DNA of 64,000 bases, from positions 682,001 through 746,000 of the forward strand of contig NZ_JMCB01000001.1 of the NCBI RefSeq assembly GCF_000737315.1. Direction: 5' to 3'. A program made the translations under genes and the position numbers. Below, piece by piece: positions 45,099-52,774 of this stretch (position 1 is its first letter; each line of letters starts with the position of its first letter). The DNA is from Hyalangium minutum. Lineage in GTDB: Bacteria > Myxococcota > Myxococcia > Myxococcales > Myxococcaceae. Below the pieces are notes generated by a model. It made no database searches. It was not told the origin of the DNA and saw nothing but the letters and a program-made list of their open reading frames with translations.

Positions 45099-46541
45099 AT
45101 GGAGACCCTTCTCATCATCGATGACGACGTGGGGCTCCTGGAGAGCCTCCAGATGCACTTCGAGGAGATCCTCCAGGATGGCGCGCCGCGCTACCACGTG
45201 GTGACGGCCACCAACGCCGCCGCGGGCCTCAAGGCCGCCCAGGAGTCCATGCCCAGCGTGGTCATCCTGGACATGATGCTGCCGGACCGCAGCGGCCTGG
45301 AGATCATCGAGGAGCTCAAGACGCTCTGCGGCGACGCCCGCATCATCCTCGTCACCGCGCACCACGACATGGAGACGACGATCCGGGCCATGAAGGCCGG
45401 GGCGTTCGACTACATCCACAAGCCCTTCCCCGAGCCGGCCGCCTTGGACTTGGTGGTGGACCGGGCACTGGAGTACCGGCAGCTGTCGCGCCGGGCCGCC
45501 TCGGTGAGCGTGGAGAGCGCCGCCGCGCGCCTGGGTGACATCGTCGGCACCAGCCCGCTCATGCAGCAGCTGGTGAAAGAGATCGGCAAGGTGACGAGCA
45601 GCCACGCCACCGTGCTCATCAACGGCGAGAGCGGCACGGGCAAGGAGCTGTTCGCCCGTGTCATCCACAACTACTCGTACGACGAGCAGAAGCCCTTCAT
45701 CGGCATCAACTGCTCGGCCATCGTGGACACGCTCTTGGAGAGCGAGCTGTTCGGCCACGAGAAGGGCGCCTTCACCGGGGCCAACGTCACCAAACAGGGC
45801 AAGTTCGAGGTTGCCGAGGACGGCACCGTCTTCCTGGACGAGATCGGCGACATGTCGCTGATGCTCCAGTCCAAGCTGCTGCGCGTGCTGCAAGAGCGCG
45901 AGTTCGAGCGCGTGGGCGGGGTGAAGAAGCTCAAGCTGCGCGCCCGCGTCATCGCCGCCACCCACCGCCACCTGGCCGAGGAGGTGGCCGCGGGCCGCTT
46001 CCGCGAGGACCTCTACCAGCGCCTCAAGGTCATCACCCTGCACATCCCCCCGCTGCGCGAGCGCCGCGAGGACATCCCCCTGCTCGTCCACCACCTGCTG
46101 GAGCGCATCAACGAGAAGGTGCACAAGCGGGTGACGCGCGTGCCCCCGGAGGTTCTCGCGCACCTCACCCGCCTGCCCTGGCGTGGCAACGTGCGTGAGC
46201 TGGAGAACGTGCTCACCCGCGCCGTGGTGCTCGCCCCGGGCGAGGTGCTGCTCGGCGATGACTTGCCCGCCCTGGAGCCCAGCTCCCCCGAGCCAGGCCG
46301 CGCCACCCACACCCCTACCCCGGTGCCGCTGCTCGCCGCGCCGCCTGTGGATGATGCCAGTCAGATCCCTACCCTGGAGGAGGCCGAGCGCATGCTCATC
46401 CAGCGCGCCATGGCCGTCACCAAGGGGCATAAAGGCAAGGTCTGTCAGATCCTCGGCATCAGCCGGCCCACGCTGGAGCGCAAACTCCAGAAATACGGGC
46501 TAGCCCCGTCGGTCCCTTCGTCGATCGGTGGACAGGGTTAG
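45099..46541 (+). CDS. mrpB: Sigma54-dependent response regulator MrpB
   Basis: REC domain (IIDDD, LDMMLP), GESGTGKE, GAFTGA, FLDEIG, WRGNVRELEN, Fis-type HTH. Confidence 0.88.
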   Translation: METLLIIDDDVGLLESLQMHFEEILQDGAPRYHVVTATNAAAGLKAAQESMPSVVILDMMLPDRSGLEIIEELKTLCGDARIILVTAHHDMETTIRAMKAGAFDYIHKPFPEPAALDLVVDRALEYRQLSRRAASVSVESAAARLGDIVGTSPLMQQLVKEIGKVTSSHATVLINGESGTGKELFARVIHNYSYDEQKPFIGINCSAIVDTLLESELFGHEKGAFTGANVTKQGKFEVAEDGTVFLDEIGDMSLMLQSKLLRVLQEREFERVGGVKKLKLRARVIAATHRHLAEEVAAGRFREDLYQRLKVITLHIPPLRERREDIPLLVHHLLERINEKVHKRVTRVPPEVLAHLTRLPWRGNVRELENVLTRAVVLAPGEVLLGDDLPALEPSSPEPGRATHTPTPVPLLAAPPVDDASQIPTLEEAERMLIQRAMAVTKGHKGKVCQILGISRPTLERKLQKYGLAPSVPSSIGGQG

Positions 46542-46573
46542 CGTCTCGTTGAACCCCGTCCCCTTCCGGACAC

Positions 46574-46589
46574 TGTCGCACCTCGGACA
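46574..46589. promoter_or_regulatory. MrpC/CRP-type binding site
   Basis: Perfect TGTC-N8-GACA (TGTCGCACCTCGGACA), matching the TGTY-N8-RAC MrpC consensus. Confidence 0.65.
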
Positions 46590-46745
46590 AAGCGCCCGCC
46601 GAATTGAACGTTTCGTTCACGTTGATCAGACTGTTTGAACGTTCTGTTTCAAATTTCGGACACAGCGAGGCCGAAAATTCGACAGCCTGTCGCTAAGTAC
46701 CCGGCATTGCTCGGTTTGTTACCCCGGCAGCATTGCAAACGGCCC

Positions 46746-46760
46746 TGGCACAGTCCTTGG
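46746..46760 (+). promoter_or_regulatory. Sigma54-type -24/-12 promoter for mrpC
   Basis: TGGCAC-AGTCC-TTGG with correct spacing (GC to GG deviation at -12), 68 nt upstream of the mrpC ATG and downstream of an enhancer-binding-protein gene. Confidence 0.65.
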
Positions 46761-46827
46761 AAGAGGTTCCTGCGTTCGCTCCCGGGGATTTCCCCAACCC
46801 TTCCCACTCGTTCGCAGGAGTCACTCA

Positions 46828-47574
46828 ATGCACGGCTTCAACCGCCCTCTCGGCCCCATCGGTTCCAACGTCGTCGCCCCGCTGCAGACCACCAGCTCCG
46901 GAATGATGGTGACGGCGAACAAGATCGTCCCCGGCCAGGAGGCGATCGACTTCAAGGGCTACTTCAAGGTTGAGTCCTTCCCGCACAACTCGGTCATCTA
47001 CCGCTACGGCGACACGACGGACCGCGTGTACCTGCTGAAGTCGGGCCGCGTGCGCCTGATGCGCGTGGGCAAGAACGGCACCCGCTCGGTGGTGAGCATC
47101 CTGCGCCCTGGCGAGATCTTCGGCGAGGTGTTCCGCCCCGAGGGTACCTCCATCGAGGAGATGGCGATTGCCTCCGGCGAGGCCGAGGTGTGGTCCATCG
47201 AGGGCCGTGACTTCCGCGCTCAGCTCGAGGCCCGCCCGGCCCCGGCGCTGGACGTGGTTCGCGCCTACGCCGAGCGCGTGCGCGCCCTGCGCAAGCGCGT
47301 GCTGGGCCTGACGTTCAAGGAGGTGCCGGCCCGGCTGGCGGACACCCTGCTCACGCTGGTCGAGGCGCACGGCGAGCGCTGCCCGCACGGCGGTGAGACG
47401 GACCTGCGCGGCATTACGCAGCAGGATCTGGCGGACCTGGTGGGCGCCTCGCGCTCGTTCGTGTCCACGCTCATCAACGAGATGAAGCGGGACGGCGTGC
47501 TGGGCAACGTGGGCCGCATCCTCTGCGTGCGCGACCAGAAGGCGCTGCGGAAGATCGCGGGCAAGGAGAAGTAG
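46828..47574 (+). CDS. mrpC: CRP/FNR family developmental regulator MrpC
   Basis: MHGFNRPLGPIGSNVVAPLQTTSSGMM N-terminus including the TTSS motif; ITQQDLADLVGASRSFVS HTH. Confidence 0.95.
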   Translation: MHGFNRPLGPIGSNVVAPLQTTSSGMMVTANKIVPGQEAIDFKGYFKVESFPHNSVIYRYGDTTDRVYLLKSGRVRLMRVGKNGTRSVVSILRPGEIFGEVFRPEGTSIEEMAIASGEAEVWSIEGRDFRAQLEARPAPALDVVRAYAERVRALRKRVLGLTFKEVPARLADTLLTLVEAHGERCPHGGETDLRGITQQDLADLVGASRSFVSTLINEMKRDGVLGNVGRILCVRDQKALRKIAGKEK

Positions 47575-47605
47575 ACCCTGCCCACCTGAAGCCAGAGCGA
47601 ACACG

Positions 47606-47640
47606 AACGGGCTCGGCCGCGGGAAGCGGTCGGGCCCGTT
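47606..47640 (+). terminator. Hairpin after mrpC
   Basis: AACGGGCTCGGCCGC-GGGAA-GCGGTCGGGCCCGTT stem with G-U pairs. Confidence 0.6.
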
Positions 47641-47740
47641 GTGCTTTGCGGGGTGGCGAGCAGAGCGGTGCAGACGATTCCCCCCACGAAGGCCCGGGCG
47701 CCGCTATCCTCCCCGCCCCTGCCCTCTCACCCTGGGAACC

Positions 47741-49588
47741 ATGAGCTCCTCCGCCGAGACGACTCCGCACCGCACCTACACCGAGCGCCGCACCGCCGCC
47801 CAGGCGAAGCTGGCGGAGCTGGATCAGGTCAGCGCGCGCTACGCGAACCTGCGGGGGCTCACGTTCCTGGCGGCGGCGGGAATCTCGGGGCTGATCCTGT
47901 TTGGGAAGCTGGCGAAGCCATACTGGTGGGCGGTGGCGGGAGCGGTGGCGGCCTATGGAGTGCTGGCCGTGCTGCACCACTACGTGTTCCGCCGCGAGGC
48001 CCGGGAGCGGTTGTACGTCACGTTGAATGAGCGAGGGCTGGACCGGCTCAGCGGTGCGTGGCGCGAGTTCACGGAGCGAGGAGAGCGCTTCCTCTCCCCG
48101 GCCCACCTCTATACGCCGGACCTGGATGTGTTCGGCCAGGCCAGCCTGTTCCAGCTGTTGAACGAAACGGCGACCCGGTCCGGAGAGGAGCGGCTCGCGT
48201 CCTGGCTGTCCGCCCCCGCACGGGCCGAAGAGGTGGGAGCGAGGCAGGGAGCGGCTCGCGAGCTGGCTCCGCTCATGGACTTCCGGCAGGACCTGTGCGT
48301 CGAGGCGCGGGTGGTGTCCAAGGAGAAGGCGGATCCCCACCAGTTCATTCAATGGGCCGAGGCAGGCCCTTCGCTCGATGCCATCCGCTGGTCCCGGAAG
48401 GTGGCGCTCCTCCTGCCGCCCATCACCCTGGCGCTCTACGTGCTGGGGCAGCTCGAGGTGGTGCCGCGCTGGCTGTGGTGGGTGGGCCTCTTCGCGCAGC
48501 TGGGCGTGGCGGTGGCCACCCGCCGTGCACTCCGAGAGATGGAGGAGCGCATGTCGGCCGGGGAGCACGGCTTCGTGCGCTACGCGCCGCTGTTCGAGCG
48601 CATCGAGCGCCAGGAGCTGAGCCACCCGCTGCTGAAGCAGCTCCAGTCCGGGCTGCAGCGCGCGGGAGAGCCCTCCGTCTCCACGCACTTCCACCGGTTC
48701 AGCCGGCTCTATTCCTTCGTCGAGTTCAAGCGGCACCAGTTCCACCCGGTGGTGCACCTGCTGACGCTCTGGGACATCCACGCCCTGTTCGCGCTGGAGG
48801 CGTGGCGGGCGCGGCACGGCAAGGAGGTGCGCGGGTGGTTCGAGGCGCTGGCGGAGCTGGAGGCGCTCTCGTGCCTTGCGGGCTTCGCGCATGACCGCCC
48901 CACGTTCGTCTGGCCCACGCTCGTGTCCGAAGGGCCTCGCGTGGAGGCGAAGGAGCTGAGCCACCCGCTGCTGGACGACCCGGTGCCCAATGACGTGAGC
49001 CTGCCGGGGCCTCGACACGCGCTGCTCATCACCGGCTCCAACATGTCCGGGAAGACGACGCTGATGAGAGCAGTGGGAGCCAACGTGGTGCTGGCGCTGG
49101 CGGGAGCGCCTGTCCACGCGAGGGAGTTCACCCTGTCACCGCTGCAGGTGCTCACGAGCATGCGCGTGAAGGACTCGTTGGAGCGCGGCGTGTCCTACTT
49201 CTACGCGGAGGTGCAGCGCATCAAGGCGGTGCTGGATGCGGCCCAGGCGGCCAAGGGCCAGTGCCTGTTCCTGCTGGATGAAATCCTCCTGGGCACCAAC
49301 ACACGCGAGCGCCAGATCGCCTCGCGCGAGGTGCTGCGGCTGCTGCTGGGCACGGGGGCATGCGGGGCGGTGACGACGCACGATCTGTCCCTCGCCGCGC
49401 TGGCGGACGAGCCGGGCGCGCACGTGGTGAACGTCCACTTCCGCGACCATCTGGAGAACGAGAAGATGGTGTTCGACTACAAGCTGCGCCTGGGCGTGGT
49501 GGACACGACCAACGCGCTCCGGGTGCTGCGCATGGCCGGGGTCCCCGTCACGGAGGCGGAGGAGCCCGCGACGCAGCGGACGTCCTGA
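47741..49588 (+). CDS. Membrane-anchored MutS domain V ATPase (MutS-related)
   Basis: TM pairs, DLDVFG, ITGSNMSGKTT, SYFYAEV, LLDEILLGTN, TTHDL; ATG 47741. Confidence 0.85.
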   Translation: MSSSAETTPHRTYTERRTAAQAKLAELDQVSARYANLRGLTFLAAAGISGLILFGKLAKPYWWAVAGAVAAYGVLAVLHHYVFRREARERLYVTLNERGLDRLSGAWREFTERGERFLSPAHLYTPDLDVFGQASLFQLLNETATRSGEERLASWLSAPARAEEVGARQGAARELAPLMDFRQDLCVEARVVSKEKADPHQFIQWAEAGPSLDAIRWSRKVALLLPPITLALYVLGQLEVVPRWLWWVGLFAQLGVAVATRRALREMEERMSAGEHGFVRYAPLFERIERQELSHPLLKQLQSGLQRAGEPSVSTHFHRFSRLYSFVEFKRHQFHPVVHLLTLWDIHALFALEAWRARHGKEVRGWFEALAELEALSCLAGFAHDRPTFVWPTLVSEGPRVEAKELSHPLLDDPVPNDVSLPGPRHALLITGSNMSGKTTLMRAVGANVVLALAGAPVHAREFTLSPLQVLTSMRVKDSLERGVSYFYAEVQRIKAVLDAAQAAKGQCLFLLDEILLGTNTRERQIASREVLRLLLGTGACGAVTTHDLSLAALADEPGAHVVNVHFRDHLENEKMVFDYKLRLGVVDTTNALRVLRMAGVPVTEAEEPATQRTS

Positions 49589-49677
49589 GGCTCTTCGTGT
49601 GCTGGAAGGTGTGGCCAGTCGCTTGCAGTGAGCCGAGCCGCGCTGGCCGGAGCCATTCCACAACGAGGAGTCATTTC

Positions 49678-50043
49678 ATGAAGCGTGTTCTCGTGGCAGT
49701 CATGCTCGCCGCAGCCTCTGTCCTGGGGGCCTGTGGCAACAGCGGAGACGATCAGGACCTCACCGAGTCCAAAGTACGTCTGAAGTCCGGTGAGTCTTTC
49801 CAGGGAGCGCAGTCCTGCGGCGTCGATCTGCCGCAGTGCACCTCCGGGCTGTCCTGCATCACCGTGGAGCTCGATGGCGCCCCGGCAAAGGCGCTGTGCG
49901 TGAACGAGCAGACCCTCTGCGCTCGGCTCGAGTGCGCCCAAGGCGAGTGCGCCATCCTGGAGTCCTACCCGGCTCGGGTGGTCTGCCTCTCCAGGTCAGG
50001 CGGCGCCTCTGGCAGCGATGACTCCGTCTCCAGCAATCCTTGA
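49678..50043 (+). CDS. Small Cys-rich lipoprotein
   Basis: MKRVLVAVMLAAASVLGA-C lipobox; 8 further Cys; ATG 49678 with GAGGAG upstream. Confidence 0.75.
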   Translation: MKRVLVAVMLAAASVLGACGNSGDDQDLTESKVRLKSGESFQGAQSCGVDLPQCTSGLSCITVELDGAPAKALCVNEQTLCARLECAQGECAILESYPARVVCLSRSGGASGSDDSVSSNP

Positions 50044-50058
50044 TGGAGAGATGCTCGG

Positions 50059-50083
50059 GGCACGAGGCACACCGCCTCGTGCC
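50059..50083. terminator. Hairpin between the two convergent lipoprotein genes
   Basis: GGCACGAGGC-ACACC-GCCTCGTGCC, a perfect 10-bp stem. Confidence 0.55.
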
Positions 50084-50103
50084 TCATCCCTGCGCGGCGG
50101 GCT

Positions 50104-50490
50104 TCAGTCGGCCTGGACGTAGCTGTTCTCGTCGATGTAGTCCACGTCGGCCTCGCAGCGGAGGGCGCCCACGAGTTCGGGGGTGAGCGTGGCGGCGAAG
50201 CCCTTCAGGGCCGCCTGCCACTTGGTGTCCGCAGTGAAGCCGTACTTCTGCTCAAGCTCGGAGACCCGGTCGAAAGTGCCCTCCAGCGACTCATCGAACA
50301 CGATGATGTAGGAGTCAGGAACCTTGTCGCTCGGAGCGAGGTGCAGCGGCGCGGGGGACTCGCAAGAAGCAGCGAACAGAACCATCCGCGCATCCGTCTC
50401 CGGGTTGTTGCCTGGGACGAGGCCGCTTCCGCAGGCCGTCAGGGCCAGGCAGGAGACCAGGGCCAATCCGATTCGCGTCAGGCGCAGCAT
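50104..50490 (-). CDS. Lipoprotein with a stand-alone peptidase inhibitor I9 (subtilisin propeptide) domain
   Basis: LALTA-C lipobox; VPDSYIIVF...ALKGFAATLTPELVGALR...VDYIDENSYV I9 pattern; no protease domain follows. Confidence 0.78.
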   Translation of the reverse strand: MLRLTRIGLALVSCLALTACGSGLVPGNNPETDARMVLFAASCESPAPLHLAPSDKVPDSYIIVFDESLEGTFDRVSELEQKYGFTADTKWQAALKGFAATLTPELVGALRCEADVDYIDENSYVQAD

Positions 50491-50642
50491 GCGTTCTCTC
50501 CCGTGCAACCAGGGTTGCGCCCACAGGAAGCAAGGCCCGGGCCGGGCCGGCCCCGAGGGAGCACCGAGCGATCACCCGGGCTTTGGGAGGCCTGCCCCCT
50601 CAGATTCTTGAGGGACCGAGGGGCTCGCCTCGGAAAAGTGCC

Positions 50643-51551
50643 TCAGCGCCGCGAGCGGGCAGCCGTCTTCTTCTTCCGTGCGGGTGCGCGCTTGGAGGCG
50701 CTCTTGCGCTGGCGAACAGGGCCGTCCGTTCCGTGAACCGCGCGGTACCAGAAGGAGCCCGGACGGAAGGCCTGGGGGTCCTGGGCCTTGAGAGCCTTGG
50801 CGGCCCGGGTCCGCAGTCTCTTGGGAAGGATGGGCTCGTCCTCCTCCTCCTCAGTGCGTTCGCGCAACAGGTCGCGATAGATGATCATGCACTCGAGGAG
50901 CTCAGGCACTCCCGAGTTCATCAAGACGGGCACCGCCTCCTTCTCCGGATCGCGCAGGACGACCCGGCCACCTGTGCTCTCGTCGAGGCAGACACACAGG
51001 TCCTCTTCCTCGCCGTCCCCGTAGGTGCCCAGGACTCGCAGGCCCTCGGAGAGCACTTCGAATGGCTCTCCCTCACGTCCGGCATCGAAGTCGATGAATG
51101 GAACGCCGCACTCCGGAAGGCCCACACTCAAGAGAAAGGAGCGGTTCCGCTCATCGAGCTGGAGCCCCTCGAGAGCCTCCTCTCCAAAGGCCAAGCACGG
51201 ATCCTCGGCCTCCGTTCCTTGCGCCCAGCGCGCGGCGGCAGGCGCTGCAGCCACCTCCGCCTTGCGCTTCTTCCGCAGGGCTTCCTTCTCCCCAGGGATG
51301 AGCTTCAGCTGGGCATCCAGGAGCCGAGGCAGTTCCATCAAGTGGACATGAGACTGGCAGCCCAGCGCTTTGCGCAGCGTGGCGTCAGCGCGGAAGGACT
51401 GTCCTGGGATGAGCCAGAGCTGATGCTCCGCCACATGCCGAAGAACGGCCTTCATGGCCGCTGGAGGCTGAACCGGTCCTGGCCCGACAAGCTGGGCCAG
51501 CGCGGGCGAAGGCGTGAACGCCACTGACATGAGGTCAGAGGGCTTGGGCAT
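50643..51551 (-). CDS. SWIB/MDM2-like domain fused to a SUKH-4-like immunity domain
   Basis: N-terminal LMSVAFTPSPALAQLVG...ADATLRKALG...HLMELPRLL (SWIB-like); C-terminal SFLLSVGLP...VLG...CLD..TGGRV...MNSGV.ELLEC...DPQAF..GSFW (SUKH-4-like). Confidence 0.6.
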   Translation of the reverse strand: MPKPSDLMSVAFTPSPALAQLVGPGPVQPPAAMKAVLRHVAEHQLWLIPGQSFRADATLRKALGCQSHVHLMELPRLLDAQLKLIPGEKEALRKKRKAEVAAAPAAARWAQGTEAEDPCLAFGEEALEGLQLDERNRSFLLSVGLPECGVPFIDFDAGREGEPFEVLSEGLRVLGTYGDGEEEDLCVCLDESTGGRVVLRDPEKEAVPVLMNSGVPELLECMIIYRDLLRERTEEEEDEPILPKRLRTRAAKALKAQDPQAFRPGSFWYRAVHGTDGPVRQRKSASKRAPARKKKTAARSRR

Positions 51552-51555
51552 GCCG

Positions 51556-52629
51556 TCACTCTACCGCCGAGCGGAGGACCGTGTCGGTCTCGGAGAGCAG
51601 AGCCTTCACCAGATCAGCGGCGGACACGTCACGCGAGAGCGCGGCCCCCTGGCCCGCCCAGAGCGCCATGAACCGGGTGTCCCCCTGGCGGGCCGCGGCG
51701 CCCCTCAAGGCAATCGTGGCGTAGTGCTGCGCCGGGAACGGCAGCACGGCCTCACTGCCTTCGAGCGCGGTGATGAACTCGTTGGCGATCATGCGTCCCG
51801 GGCGTCCCGTGAACGCGCGGGTGATCCGCATGGAGTCATCTCGGGCTCCCCGGAGCACCGCCTTGTGAGCTACGGCGGTGCCGGCCTCCCGGCACGTCAT
51901 GAAGGCCGTGCCCAGCTGCACGCCGCTCGCGCCAAGCATGCGCGCAGCCGCGATGCCCCGGCCATCCATGATCCCGCCACTCGCGATGACCGGGAGCTTC
52001 ACGGCGTCCACCACTTGGGGAACAAGCGCCATCGTCCCCACCAGCCCTGACTCGAAGGGCCCGGCGAACGTGCCCCGGTGCCCTCCAGCTTCCGAGCCCT
52101 GAGCGACGATGGCGTCCACTCCCGAGGCCTCGAGCTGCCGGGCCTCCTGGACGTTCGTGGCCGTGCCCGCCACCAGGATTCCGCGTGACTTGAACGACTC
52201 GAGCACGGAGGCCGATGGAATACCGAACGTGAAGCTGAAGACGGCCGGAGCGCTCGCGAGCACGGCCTCGACCTGTCCGAGAAAGTCCGGCAGCGCCGTC
52301 GCCGGAGACTGAGGCGCGGGCAACCCGAGCTGCGCGTGGTAGCGGGCCAGGATCTCCAGCATGGGCGCCGGGTCCACGCTCTTCGTAGGGCCCACGGGGG
52401 AGAACAGGTTGATGGCGAACGGCCGCTGCGTGAGGGCCCGCACGGCCTGGGCCTGCCGGAGGATGTCCTCGGGAGCCAGGTAGGACGCGCCGATGGACCC
52501 CAGCCCCCCCGCGTTGGACACCGCTGCCACCAGTTCTGGAGTGGTGATGCCTCCTCCCATGGGCGCCTGGATGAGGGGCTGCTCCACTCCGAGCTTCGCC
52601 GCGAGACTGCGCCACGCGCTGGTACCCAT
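51556..52629 (-). CDS. Nitronate monooxygenase family flavoprotein
   Basis: PLIQAPMGG, AVSNAGGLG, QGSEAGGHRG, IASGGIMDGRG, GVQLGTAF, WAGQ; ATG 52629. Confidence 0.9.
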   Translation of the reverse strand: MGTSAWRSLAAKLGVEQPLIQAPMGGGITTPELVAAVSNAGGLGSIGASYLAPEDILRQAQAVRALTQRPFAINLFSPVGPTKSVDPAPMLEILARYHAQLGLPAPQSPATALPDFLGQVEAVLASAPAVFSFTFGIPSASVLESFKSRGILVAGTATNVQEARQLEASGVDAIVAQGSEAGGHRGTFAGPFESGLVGTMALVPQVVDAVKLPVIASGGIMDGRGIAAARMLGASGVQLGTAFMTCREAGTAVAHKAVLRGARDDSMRITRAFTGRPGRMIANEFITALEGSEAVLPFPAQHYATIALRGAAARQGDTRFMALWAGQGAALSRDVSAADLVKALLSETDTVLRSAVE

Positions 52630-52774
52630 GACAGGTCTCCTCCCGGTTTTGGCACCGTCACGGTGCGCCCGAGGCGTGCTCCGAGGAAGCGAATTGTTCT
52701 GATGCTCCCCATCGAATGCCCACCAAGCAACCGGGCAGAGGGGGCCGGTCCTGTGGCATCCTCGCCGGACGTAC

